From Anthoceros angustus (taxonomy: Eukaryota > Plantae > Anthocerotophyta), in NCBI GenBank assembly GCA_010909165.1, contig MU008216.1:186001-250000 (forward strand): a stretch of 64,000 bases of DNA, in the 5' to 3' direction. Below the pieces are notes generated by a model, which saw nothing but the letters and a program-made list of their open reading frames with translations, had not been told where the DNA came from and did no database searches. Positions 37,481 through 50,289 of this stretch are shown in pieces; position 1 is the first letter of the stretch; each line of letters begins with the position of its first letter. A program made the translations under genes and the position numbers.

Positions 37481-37959
37481 TTTCCCTTTCCGATATCCAG
37501 ATTCATAATTAAGTACCAGTGCTGAGTGCTCTGGGCGCTCATCGGGAAAAAGGCCATCACTCTAGTCCTGTGATAGCCACTGGGTGAGAGCACAGAGCAC
37601 GTCTCTCGATGCAATGCAGGCACCTGTTGACACATATTGGATCACCTTCGTAACGTCTTCTCATGAGACGGACCATGTCTGCAATCCCCACATTCAGACA
37701 GCTCTAGCCTCCATAATTGTGCAGCGCCCTTCCAAGTGCCTGATGTACAAGATTCTCCGTAGACTAAATGTTCCAATTTGAAGTACTCGTGTTTGCAACA
37801 AGTGACTATGCATTTCTGCTGCTGAAAAGACGGGCATTGTCCAATGTCCTGCACTCTCCCCCCTGTCCCGAGCCCCCTGCGATGCAGATCTTCACGCTCC
37901 TGGTTTGAAGCTTTGGGGATGAGTCTGTCGCAGGCAAACACAAAGGGCACGCTGTGATT

Positions 37960-39400
37960 TCTTTCCACGTTTTTGACCGCCTAATGGAAGCAGCATGCCA
38001 ACGGCGTGAGGAGGAGGATGTGGTGGACCGGAGGAGGAGGAGGGTGTGGTGAGGCGGAAGCGTACGGGGCGCTGTCAAGCGGGTGCAGAAAGGACCTCAG
38101 GAGGCTCAAGGGTTACCCTCAGAAGCACCGCGGTACCGAGTATGTCTGCGCTACACTGACGCCCTTACGGTGACGTTGATTGGGGAGGCTCATGGGTATT
38201 GTCAGCAATGTGGCAAGTTCCACAAAGCTTTCCGACTTTGACCATGACAAGAGGAGCTGCAGGCAGAAGCTAGTGAGAGGCACAATACTAGGAGGAGGAG
38301 GAAACTGTCTCTGGTTGCGTGGACTCTCTTCAAAGCTCTATTAGCTGTCGGCTGTCACATTCCACGGATATCTTGGGTCTGAACTTGCCTATGCTGGATG
38401 AGCAGCTGCAGTCTTCAACGTCTGGGATAACTTTGCAGTCGACTGAACTTGGGAGGGTCAATAATGTTGCTACGCATGCTTTCCCAAGCTCTGTATATGG
38501 GGACTGCGTTTCTAGCATTTGAAGCACTGCCTCTTCATAAAGTGGATTGTGGAGCACGTCAGTTGAAGCAAGTACTAGAAACTGGGCTGCATCGTTTGGG
38601 GAAGTGTCTGGCCAGTATTTAGGCTTCAATCCTGGCGCATCGGGACCAGAAGAAGAGTCGTTGTTTTCTTTTCTTCTTGAAGATGTCCATGATGGGGAAA
38701 CAGTTTTCTCCAACTCGAATGCTCCTGGCGCACAAGATGCTATAACACCCTCTTTCAACGGTGCATCCTTCATATAGCGCTGCTCTCACTAGAAAATCTC
38801 CCACCAACTCATCCCTTTCCCCACAGGACGCATATCCTTCAAACTGTATGTATGACTGGAACTGCAATCGCTCGTACCGGCACGCAGTGAGGCTCCAGCG
38901 GCTTCTCAATTTCGCATTGGTAGGCCTGACTGTCCTTCTGTTACTGTCCTCTGCCACCTGGTTTGGTCAGACCATCGCTTGCCGGGCTCAGCTGGATCTG
39001 ATCCCGCTCTCGCTCAGTAAAGTCAGCCATTGGAACACGGCACTGGAGCTGCACGCCTCAGGCCGGATGACGATCCAAGATCTGCTTCGGTTCCTTCCGC
39101 GGAGAAAGGGGTTTAGCTTCCCCACGAACGAGAACGATGCGGCCCGTACAGTGTTGTGGAGATCGAAACCCTGAAGGAGCTAGCCCCTCCTTCACAGCAA
39201 AGCGGCTTTGGACAAAGTTATGGGTTTCCCTATGGAGCAGAAGGAATCCAACGTTTTTCAAGCCGACATCTAAACTCGGAAGAAGGGCCGTGATGAGCAT
39301 GGTGGGGATCCTCTCATCCATGGCCAGCGGTGTGTGTGGGGGCGTGCTTCATATTCCTGCATCCCATATCCCAGCTGGACTCCTTGTCAAGCTCACTTGG
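37960..39400 (+). pseudogene. SPL7: SPL7-like SBP-box transcription factor pseudogene, apparently intronless
   Basis: RRKRTGRCQ.GC.KDL..LKGY...YRVC...YCQQCGKFH.LSDFDHDKRSCRQKL..HNTRRRRK (38060-38305), GRISFKLY-DWN (~38825-38860, 4-nt TATG duplication), and C-terminal GVCGGVLH (~39330). Many frameshifts. Confidence 0.8.
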
Positions 39401-40140
39401 GTTCCGGGGTGAGCCTTGACACAGTAGGTACTTGTAGTGCTCATTCCTGGCCCCTTTCCGCGTCGCGCTGCTTGCTTGTATTCATTATTCGCAAGTTGCA
39501 GCGCCCGGAACAGGAGCTTTTGGAGCAGCAGCCTGACCCCGCCCGGCGCCTTCGAACACTAAACATTAGGCATGGATAAATCAGGACAAAAATAGGGGAC
39601 AAGCAAAAATCAAAATTGCACCATGACATTTATCTACCTATATACACCTTATAGTTTCTTAGCCTGCTTAAAAGAGCATGCTACATGTCATTAAGCTTGA
39701 TATAATATATTTCTTGAAAATGATGCATAACCTTGTTGAATATATGGTAGTATTGTGGTCTTTGAGTTACTATCTAAAAACTTTATAATATTAAGAAAAA
39801 ATTAAATTCTTGGAGCATTTTATTGTTGGTCAGAAGTCCAAAACTATTGCAGTTGAAGGTGGCATATTTGTAGAGTGTGACCTAGAAAGTAGATCAAGGT
39901 ATTTTTTCCAATCCAATATTAGATTGGAATCTTTTCCTTCGTACATGATGTGAGATGCATATCGTGCCATATATATATATATATAATATGTTTAAGGTAT
40001 ATATTACAAGTGAAGTATATTCCAAAGTTGGGTAGGATACACGGAGTTGTGTTTTTCTTTTCATATAAGAAGTTAAAAATGTATACGTAGGTTTAATCTT
40101 ATTATCTGTTGGACTATATTATTACATAAGTATTTTACGA

Positions 40141-40674
40141 ATGTCTTGCATATTTCACCTGTTGTTTATGGTTTTTATAAGTTTTACAAAACATTTTGGT
40201 GTAGGAGAAGATGTGTATGGACCATTTTCTCAACCAGGTTTAAAATATACTGCACACGAATGTGGCCCAATTCAGCTTTCGTTTTCTGAAATGCAAGCAA
40301 TGACATTTCAAACTGAAACACTTATATTTGCTGGTGAGTTTTCTCACCCTCGGCGTGCCGTTAGGAACACAAATATATTCAAGGGTACGGCTCATTGTCC
40401 TGGTTTGACAATGGATAATATATACATATATGGGCCCCCAGATGACCCGAACCTGACTTCAGATAAATGGATAAAAAGATTGTGTAGGAAATGTTTGGAA
40501 CTGGTAAGGGACAAGATGCACAAGGAATTCTGCAAGTCTACAAATTGGGGCCGATATGCTTCAAGTGAATGTGTTATAACGTATCATTACTATTTCTCTG
40601 ATTCAGAAGATGACTATTGTCCAACTTATTGGCCACCTGAAATGTATCGAGACCCACGCTTAAGAAACCGATGA
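40141..40674 (+). CDS. Single-domain Gnk2/DUF26 (stress-antifungal)-like cysteine-rich protein, 177 aa; the N-terminus is uncertain
   Basis: A 177-codon open frame in AT-rich DNA. The six-Cys pattern C...G.A.C-x28-C-x2-C-x12-C-x12-C.I.Y matches ginkbilobin-2 (C-x8-C-x2-C-x11-C-x12-C.I.Y). The N-terminus is hydrophobic, but a possible acceptor (GGTGTAG|GAG at ~40205) exists. Confidence 0.68.
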   Translation: MSCIFHLLFMVFISFTKHFGVGEDVYGPFSQPGLKYTAHECGPIQLSFSEMQAMTFQTETLIFAGEFSHPRRAVRNTNIFKGTAHCPGLTMDNIYIYGPPDDPNLTSDKWIKRLCRKCLELVRDKMHKEFCKSTNWGRYASSECVITYHYYFSDSEDDYCPTYWPPEMYRDPRLRNR

Positions 40675-41409
40675 TAAATATGATGACCTTGTCACTTTAC
40701 ATAGGGTCAAAAGATTTTTTTTTTTATGTGTATCTTAAATTTAGAGTTCACTTAGATTATTTTGATCTTAAATTCAGATAATTTTACATATATAGGGAGA
40801 CACCATAATAGGACATAAGTTTTTCTTGTCAAATTGAAACTTATACTTAATTTCATAGATGTTGAAAGTAAAATGATCCAGCTGTAGACTTGTTTATGTA
40901 GTCTTCATGTCGTCTATTCAAGTTTAGGCTTCCAATATATATTACGTATAACACCTATCACGTTAACGTACATGGAATGATCGACATTCATGGATAATAT
41001 TCTATTTTCTAATTCTTCTTTCTAACAAAACCTTGACTATATAATAAACAAGATAGTGATGCAATCATAACTCACAAACCCACCAATGTGCTAATTTAAT
41101 TAAGTTTAGTGGCACTGAAATCAAGATTTAATGAATTTTTATGTTTTTTGATCATACATTTCCAATTCAAGTGAAAACACTTGCATTAGAAAACACGACA
41201 AAAACTAGCCTTCCCCTGAAGCATCAAAAGTGCACTTCAGTGCTTGAAAGTCTTTTTTAAGAGTATTGGCTTACAACTTGTTGTACAACATTGTAGTTTG
41301 TGCAAGACCCAATAACTACAATGCTGGACAAATATTAAGAGTATAAATAAGAGAGTATGTACATATTTTAGGTTGAATAGGTCAAACAAAACTTATGAAA
41401 CTCCGATAA

Positions 41410-41840
41410 AACTTACGGACTCACTAACTTAAAACATGAATGTAGTCAATACTCAATTCTAGAAACTCAAATGCAAATCGTGTGTGGTAGCTAAAGGGCG
41501 CTTGCTTTTGGTGGAGCCACGTTTTTCCTAATCGTGTTGTAGTGAATACAAATAACTTCAAGGGTATTGCACATTGTCCACGTATGTCAGTAGCCAAAGC
41601 TGATAGGTATGGACCTCCTGAAAATCCAAACATGAGTGAAGAAAAATGGATGCCTCTATTATGTAGAAAATGTCTCCTTTTTGCTCGATACAAACTGCAT
41701 AATGAATATTTTTGATTTTTTCATTAGGGACGATATGCATCAACTGAATGTACTATCACATGTCACTATTATCCTGTAGATACAGAAGAAAATTATTGTC
41801 CAATATTTTGGCCTCTCAAGGACCAAGATTAAGAAGCTAA
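41410..41840 (+). pseudogene. Tandem paralog of the Gnk2/DUF26-like gene, pseudogenised
   Basis: KHEC...FKGIAHCP...YGPPENPN..EEKW..LCRKCL...GRYASTEC.IT.HYY...NYCPIFWP. In-frame stops at 41713 and 41725. The 3' flanks 41050-41240 and 42165-42330 are also homologous. Confidence 0.8.
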
Positions 41841-41924
41841 TAGTTAACCTATTTCGATCAAGAAGCTAATAGTTAACTATTTCAATCAAGAAGCTAATAG
41901 TTAACATATTTCATTTTTTTATCA

Positions 41925-44900
41925 ATTTTAGATTTAAGTTGAATAGTTACCATGAAAAATATTCTAGATGATTCTTTCATATTTGCAAGAAAGATGAACA
42001 AACACAAGAAGCCTATACCAATAAAGAGGGCCGATGTCGTACAATTGTATTTTTCTATTTATCCATGTCAAAAAAGCTACCTTTATATGTGGAGTAAGAT
42101 AACATGTAAATCTTAAGTTGGGGATAATACGGGCTAATAGCTCCATCAAAACCTTGACCAAGATAAACAAGTGATGATACAATCATAACTCACAAACCCA
42201 CCAATGAGGTGGTTTAGTTTAGTGGCACTCAAATCAAAGTTACATGACATTTTTTTCTTTCACAAATTATTCCCAATTCAAGTAAAAATACCACTAAAAC
42301 CAGCCTTCCCTTGAACTAGCAAAAGTGCACTTAATTTGTCACTAAATTTCTCATGAAGTTGCTGTTGTGGAGAGTTCAATTTTTCAAGTTCAAAAAAATA
42401 GGTGAAATGTAGCTATGGACTAACCCACTCCCCATTCCATACCATGGCATTGGGGCCAAGTCTCGAGAAGACGAAAATTCATCCTCAATTGAGTTTATTT
42501 GAATTCCTCCTCCTTCTCCATTCTTCAAGTTCAATAGCTCCTCAATTTAAAGATTACATTGCCTCTTGGCTTTAGGTTTCTCCTTTGCCAACTTACTCGT
42601 AGGATATTGTATATATTGTTTTTTGTGCTTTGCAATAAACGGTCCTCTCAACAGGGGTGTAAAGTCACCCATCGACAACTACACATGTACACCGTAGGCG
42701 TGAACAGAGTATCTTCGGTACAAGTAAGTTCACCGCAACCTGCATGGATAGTAATATACAAGTCAAGAGCTTTGTGAGCCAGCAACGCGTAAAGAAATAT
42801 ATCTCTCAAGTACCACGTTCACGTTATGATTAGACACAAGGAGCGCTCCTTATGGTATCACTAATCCATCTGTGAAGAAGTAGAGGGGTGTCGACCATAT
42901 TTGGGGTTAGGGTTTAGGTAATTAAATATAATCATAAGGGTAGCTAGAATTGAATAGTTGTACCTTCATTAGGTGTTGCGTGCCATAGTGAATAGTCACG
43001 TTGTTTTAGTTTTAGTTTTAGTTTAGCTATGTCTTTTCAGCATAAGCTATTATTATCATAGGTTGATACTTTCTTGATATAAAATATAATTACTAAATAA
43101 TTAATTGACGATAGAAAATTACAAGAAAAGAAACATGCAAGAGTGCAAGTTAGAAACACTAATTCGCAAATACACAACCTCGATGATGGTACCCCTTGCT
43201 CACCGATGATCCCCAATAGATACAATAGGCTAGGAATGCTTGATAGATCGTCCTGACGGATCATCTACATCGTAGGATCTATGGGTGGAGTCACAAGAAT
43301 CAATTCCCTGCCATGCAAATTGATATAAAGGGAGCGGCCTCTGCCCTGGGCCTCGACGCTACCAAATGGTTTTTTCGGCAGGTAAATTTTAGAGAGAGAA
43401 AATTGACCTTTTGGTCATTATTTACCAATTTTAGATTTAAGTTGAATAGTTACCATGAAATATTCTAGATGATTCTTTCATATTTGCAAGAAAGATGAAC
43501 AAACACAAGAAGCCTATACCAATAAAGAGGGCCGATGTCGTACAATTGTATTTTTCTATTTATCCATGTCAAAAAAGCTACCTTTATATGTGGAGTAAGA
43601 TAACATGTAAATCTTAAGTTGGGGATAATACCCGGGGCTAACTCGGGGCTCCATCAAAACCTTGACCAAGATAAACAAGCTGATGATACAATCATAACTC
43701 ACAAACCCACCAATGAGGTGGTTTAGTTTAGTGGCACTCAAATCAAAGTTACATGACATTTTTTTCTTTCACAAATTATTCCCAATTCAAGTAAAAATAC
43801 CACTAAAACCAGCCTTCCCTTGAACTAGCAAAAGTGCACTTAATTTGTCACTAAATTTCTCATGAAGTTGCTGTTGTGGAGAGTTCAATTTTTCAAGTTC
43901 AAAAAAATAGGTGAAATGTAGCTATGGACTAACACTCCCATTCCATACCATGGCATTGGGGCCAAGTCTCGAGAAGGCAATTCATCCTCAATTGAGTTTA
44001 TTTGAATTCCTCCTCCTTCTCCATTCTTCAAGTTCAATAGCTCCTCAATTTAAAGATTACATTGCCTCTTGGCTTTAGGTTTCTCGTGATATTGTTTTTG
44101 TGCTTTGCTGCGGTCCTCTCAGCGGTGTAAAGCTTCTCGGCTCATTGACAACTACACATGTACTGGCGTAAACGATGACAGTATCTTGGTACAAGTAAGT
44201 TCTTGCAACCTGCATGGATAGGTAATATACACAAGTCAAGAGCTTTGTGAGCGACTACCAGCGTAAAGAAATATATCTCTCAAGTATCGATTCACGTTAT
44301 GATTAGACACAAGGAGCGCTCCTTATGGTATCACTAATCCATCCCGTGAAGAAGTAGAGGTGTGTCGACCATATTTGGGGTTAGGGTTTAGGTAATTAAA
44401 TATAATCATAAGGGTAGCTAGAATTGAATAGTTGTACCCCTTCATTAGGGTTGCGTGCCATAGTGAATAGTCACGTTGTTTTAGTTTTAGTTTTAGTTTA
44501 GCTATGTCTTCATAAGCTATTATTATCATAGGTTGATACTTTCTTGATATAAAATATAATTACTAAATAATTAATTGACGATAGAAAATTACAAGAAAAG
44601 AAACATGCGGTGTTTACAAGTTAGAAAACACTAATTGGCCAAATGCAATTGCCAACCTCGATGGCAGTGGTGCGCCTCTTGAGATCCCCAATAGATGCAA
44701 TAGGCGGGAATGCGATAGATCGTCCACGGATCATCTACATCGTAGGATCTATGAGTGGAGTCACAAGAATCAATTTCGGCTGCAACCGGTGATATAAAGG
44801 AAGCGTAAAGTCGCGGCCGTCTGGGGCCTCGGCCAGCGCCCGACTGGTTTTTTCGTAGTCGGAGTAAAATTTTAGAGAAAATTGACCTTTTGGTCATTAT
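41925..44900. repeat. Direct tandem duplication, ~1.49-kb unit (41925-43410 and 43411-44900)
   Basis: aattttagatttaagttgaatagttacc starts both units. The first halves are near-identical and the later halves differ by many small indels. Confidence 0.9.
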
Positions 44901-47900
44901 TTTACCCAGTAAAATTCATTCTGGTATAGTAGAAAATCATCTACCATCAAGGTACAAAACAAATGAACCATACAAGTGGGGTAAAATCATCTACCATCAA
45001 GGTAGAAAATAGAGCACTAGAGTAGAAAACATGGCGACCAAGTGAATACCGGTCTAGAAGCTCATTCTAGAAATCCCACCAAAATCGCTAATCGACAAAA
45101 ACATTTTCATTAAATAATATTCATGCGGATCCGGGATATACAAAAACCAACAAAGAAACCTTTTCTTTGCGAGTTTCTGTATATCCGAATGGCATGAAAT
45201 ACAAACAACTAATGAAGAGTAAATACCGATAGATTGAACTCGCTAGATTGAACTCTACTTCAACAACAATGGAACCTACAAACAAAGCAAGACACAAACC
45301 GTGATTAGGCGATACTAGAAAACCGAAATAATCATAGCAAATACTTAGGAAATGATACTCACCTTATTTAGGAAATTGGTACAATTATACTGATTGAAAA
45401 CGTAATTTTCACGACCACTTGGCTTGATTGGCGGTTATGCGCATCATTCTTGGCAACCAATTGATGAAGAGGACTTGGGCGAAATTGTCCGGCTTCGCAA
45501 GGTGACAACCTAATAAAATACAACCATTGATTTTCAATGTCTGCGATTAATAAAGAGCATAAGAAAACTTACCAATCACGGATTTTCGAGATAGTGCAAA
45601 TATCTCGAGACACATTCTTACGCTCTGTTCTCTTTTCCTGCGGTCTTGAACCTCTTCGCTCCATCTGCTGCTTGATTTCTCTTGATGCTTAATGTGCTCT
45701 TGTCTCCTCTCCACATTTCTCCGCCTTTGGATCTCAAGGGCTTTCTCTCTTGCTTAGAGACTCGTAATTCGCTACGCCTCTGTCTCTCTATAAGAGCCTC
45801 CAAATCCTTTTGCGAAACTCCAATTCCTGTTACATCTATCATACTCCAATTCCGTACTCGCGCAATCTCGAAGCCCGCTCAAAGCCACTTCCATTTCCAT
45901 TTGCGGTCCAGTGCAATACAATATCGGTGCTACCACACATTTACATCTGGTTAACCCGGATGTGATCACACTCACTATGCACAATGCCCTCCGGAGGGAC
46001 CACATCCACTTCCCTCGGTATCAATGTTGAAATGAGGGGCGGTAGTCTTCCACTAGTCGCAGGATTCACAACCGCCAAGATAAACATAATCGAAACTCCA
46101 AAAGAAGTGAAAACAAAACAAGCAGACAAAGAATCAACCTTGTCAACATATGGAATTTCACTAGAACACCCGGTTGTTGGTCTGCTATCCATCCGAATGC
46201 CTTGGCCACGCTTTCGGGAGGTATGTTTGCAACCAAAACACCGATCTCCCACCGCCAGAGACCGATGATTAAAACAGATCCAACATGGCGGCGCAAGGAA
46301 CGACAACACAACTTGAACAGACAAAGTGGACCACATGGTGCGGCTTCGATTCGGTCGACATTGTTCAAAGGTCCGCTTTCATGATGAACAACGAGGGTGC
46401 TATGAGACACCTAACACACAAAAAAAGTCGACACGATTAATCAAAACAAGTCCACCTACAAACTTGCAACAAATCTCAAACACTTACATTGTTAACTGTT
46501 GCACTCGCAAGTGCGATCTTGACTAGTACAATTTCGAGTCACATTGAGGACGGTTGACGAACACCCTTAAATCATCCATCCGATTGATTCTTGGTTCAAA
46601 AGCTCCCGATAGGATCGCCGTTCACCGAACAAGGACTCTTCTTGTACTGTTTGCTTGACGGGCCGGTCATATCGCAAACCATATCGACATCGGGAAGGAA
46701 CATACAAAGGACTCAAATGTCACAAGCTTTCAAAACATATTACCTTGAGAATCCGGATCTGTTTTATGGCTCACACTTCTCCCATCGAAGGCACCGAGCC
46801 ATCGTCAAACGTGTAATCATTGTTACAGCGGCTCTTATTGGTGTAATAGCCAACAAGCCCGCTTCACCATGGTCTTCATGAACCTTGACAACATTCCTTT
46901 TGAAACACGAAGTTTTGCATACCAAGCCTAGCCAAAAAACAAACAGTTAGTAAATACAAACCACAAAACTTAAGCCCAAATAACCACAAACTTACATGTG
47001 ATCTTGGGTTATCAATGGTTGAATTGAACAGAAACCCCTGAATTGACAGATTTTTGTCGTTCGCGGACCACTTGGGAGAGTGATCAATAACAGCTCTAAA
47101 AGTTTCGATAACATCTTGCTCGTAGATCTTGACCTTTTGACGGAAATGCTCACTCTGTTAATTCTTCATGTCCACTTTATAATTTTTAAGCCGTTCTTGA
47201 TACGCAAATAAAAGCGAAGCTTAATACATCAAAACAACAAAACATACCAATGTCAAAGATACAATGAACAAAACAACCAAAACATCTTGAACAAAAGGTC
47301 CTCAATCTGCGAGAACGAGAAGTCCGATGAGCGGGTTATGTAACTCTTCACCACCTCGAACTCCAAACTGGTCATGCAAAATATGCACACACCGCAAACA
47401 ATAGACAGGCCTCCGTGTTTAAAACCATAAATGAACAATCAAAGTGCACCCCTAAACCAACAATATTACCTTTTTGAGCCCCCAAATGAGCATTGATGAT
47501 CTCGTGTGAAAGAATCGCTCATCATCATCGAAATCAACTTCACCTCTTTTCGACATGACACAATTCCAAGGTCCTTGCGATTTTCATGGGCAACCAATAC
47601 AGGACCCATGGAAAATTCCATGAAACATGTTGATCAAGAACATCGAACCAAGCTTTGGTTCAAGATGCACTTCCTTGTTAAAATTCGGTTAAAACCACGA
47701 AAGAAAGACATCAACCTGAGAGAACAAAAATCATCATGTGAATGAAAGTCTATCAAAATCAACAAGTCAAAACATCACTACTTACGTTTGAGAAAATCTC
47801 CTATTGTCCTTGATTCGAACTTGATGGAAAAAGGTATCGAATAAGATTTAGATCCTTGTAAGGATATCCTCAACGGTATCCCATCCCCGACCCACTCACT

Positions 47901-48600
47901 TTCATAAAGGCCCGACGACTTGACACCGGTTATTCCGTTTGGACCTATCCTCCCCACCACTCAACGCATCATTCACGCTCCCTCTGGGACTATTGGGTCA
48001 AATCCCTGCTCTCTGAAAATTGCTTCATCATCAATTTCCTCCATACCCATGGCAAAGTCATCTTGGGATCATCACACTTTAGCCTCTCAAACATATCAAG
48101 CACTTCTTGATCGGGGACTCGGTGGGGAACCACAACAGCATGGAAAAGCGCCCAGAAGCATTCTGTCAGCGGCACACAAATCTCTAGACTCGAGTTTTGG
48201 CGGCACTCACAACCATGGGATCGTGGGTTATCAAGAAATCATTCTCCCCACAAACCGGACCCCTCTCTCGAGACCGGACATAGTTAGTAATCTCTGCAAG
48301 AGGACCTTCAACCAAAGCCAGTCGAGTGTCCACCCTTCTCCTCTCGAACAAACTCAGTGCCGTCGGTCCTTCTTGGATGAAAATCGCCTTGGCGGTTTGG
48401 GCAAGTCTTTTGGGAACTAAGTAAGTTCCTTCACTGCACCAAGACACCATCAACTTTACCATCATCCCCGGATGAGTTGCGATATCGAGCATGGTTGACA
48501 CTGTTTATCTGGCTATGTAAGCAGCCGCCTTGACCGAGATCCTTGTTTTTCCGGCCCAGAGCCGTGGGTTTTCTTTTAGGAGCCATCTGCAAAAACATAA
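44800..48600 (-). mobile_element. Crypton-like tyrosine-recombinase DNA transposon (copy 1; the right boundary may extend to ~53.9 kb)
   Basis: It contains the YR gene below. 44800-46250 is repeated in direct orientation at 62190-63690. Confidence 0.72.
46600..48000 (-). pseudogene. Spliced tyrosine recombinase (Crypton-type), decayed
   Basis: FF.QVR.KD | LMSFFRGFNR; ILSHE...GAQK; FGVRGGEELH (47338-47367, box I Arg); ER.KNYK (~47175-47200); WYAK.RV..GML..FMKTM; YTNKS.R..MITRL..A.VP (46805-46845); HK (46763). Clean GT-AG introns at 47785-47716 and 46995-46928. Confidence 0.78.
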
Positions 48601-50289
48601 AGATTAGAGTGGTCAAGAACTTGAAACAAAATGGAAGTCGAGGATCAATGACACAAAATAATACTCACATGGTGTTTGACTTCGAAATGGAACTCTGAAC
48701 AATTGATTATAAAACAAACTAGGAACGAGGATAGGGAAATGGGACATATTCATTGACATTGTTTATTGAAATCCCTCCACTTTGGTTAGTGAGCAGATAA
48801 CTCCTTCTTAACAACACCCACATACTTCACGTAATAGAAGACTGTTAGATTTAAGAGAAACAAATGAACAAAATACACTAGAACAAGCAAGCAAAAAAGA
48901 AAACGAAACAGACAAAATAATCTTCAGACGGACCAAATGAATTGATCTAGGCCTTTAAAACTTGACCTTGGTGCGTCAAAAACAAGAATAGTATCATATG
49001 AAACAACTAATCAAAGCCCGAAACAAGCGATATTGCACTAAAACATTATCACTCAGACAAGACACAAGTACCTTAGGGTTTTTCAAAAACATGACGAAAA
49101 ATATGTTAAAATGATAACCAACACATTTGCTCTAAACAAACAAATACCTAAAGTTTACAATATCATGAAAGGGATTAGTCACGAAAACACCTTAAGAAAA
49201 CAAATGGGCATCTTGGCGGTCAACAAATCGACAAACAAAGGTGAATGTTGAAACAATACAACATAGCGATACAACAAAACAACAACATAAAACCAAATGT
49301 CAAACAAAGTACAACACAACTTACACTTGAAACGACAAGACAAGTTGGAAAATTTATCACGTTCACCACAATGTGCTCCGGAAGAATACGATACCACATA
49401 ACATGCAAGAAAACAAATTAACGTCGGTTAGGCGGCAAATAGATGGAAACAAGGAAAAACTCCTAAACAAAACAAAGACGCACAAACAGTAGACCTTAAA
49501 AATTAGGCATCCGACAGAAACAAAAACGACATTTATTACAAAAACACTGAACAATCAAAACCATGATATAGAATGACACCAACAATCCATGCGTACGCGA
49601 TTGCAGATAATTTGACCAACAAGCGCTAATATCCATCGACTACGATAAAAGTGTCGATTAACAACATAAAACAAACTAAGTCTTAAATAAAAATGGATCC
49701 GTAAAGCGGAAAAACAACATGACAAGAAAACATAGACAACCACTAGGAGCGGACAAACGCCGATTCAATGAACAAAACAAAGGACCACATTCAAAAACAG
49801 AAAGTGTGTTAAGAACCACAAACACAAAGCATCGCTAAAGCTCAATGAAGGACGGCGAAATGTTGAGACTTTTAAACACGCCGCAAAGCGAACAAAACAA
49901 CAGAGATCTTTCAAGAAAACACAAACAGACATCCACACGCCAAATACAAAGCTGAAAAACACAAAGTGAACCCGACGCGAAAGGTAAGACAGCAAACACT
50001 CAAGTTGTTGGAAAACCGAGCGAAGAAATGCAAAGAACAAAACACGAAAGAGCTAAAATCACAACAACAAAGTCAAGACGCTAAGCAATGATCGGCTACC
50101 AAAAGCAAGAATAGCACAGTAGTACAAGAAACTAGGCAATCTATAGAAGAATGCGAAGGCAGGCAGAACAAAACAACCTTGATCTAATTTCACCCCTTTC
50201 GACACCACGTTACACTACCACTTGAAACACAACACAATCAAACTGGCCGGATCGGGCACGAAAATACCAACGGCTGGACGCCGAAACAG

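Noticed and set aside
37500-37950. Minus-strand KICIAGGSGQGG (Rossmann-like) and other gene-like fragments
   Set aside because: Too short and frameshifted to assign to a family.
38330-38957. Minus-strand ORFs of 147 and 112 aa
   Set aside because: They are antisense shadows of the plus-strand SPL7-like relic.
42853-42861. TGGTATCAC PBS-like motif (duplicated at 44326)
   Set aside because: Only 9 nt, with no recognisable gag downstream. It may be an LTR relic but this is unsupported.
44870-45010. GAGAAAATTGACCTTTTGGTC resembling a Mutator TIR start
   Set aside because: No inverted partner was found, homology extends outside it, and the linked enzyme is a tyrosine recombinase.
49000-50250. 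Several hydrophobic minus-strand ORFs
   Set aside because: They are a by-product of A/C-rich low-complexity sequence.
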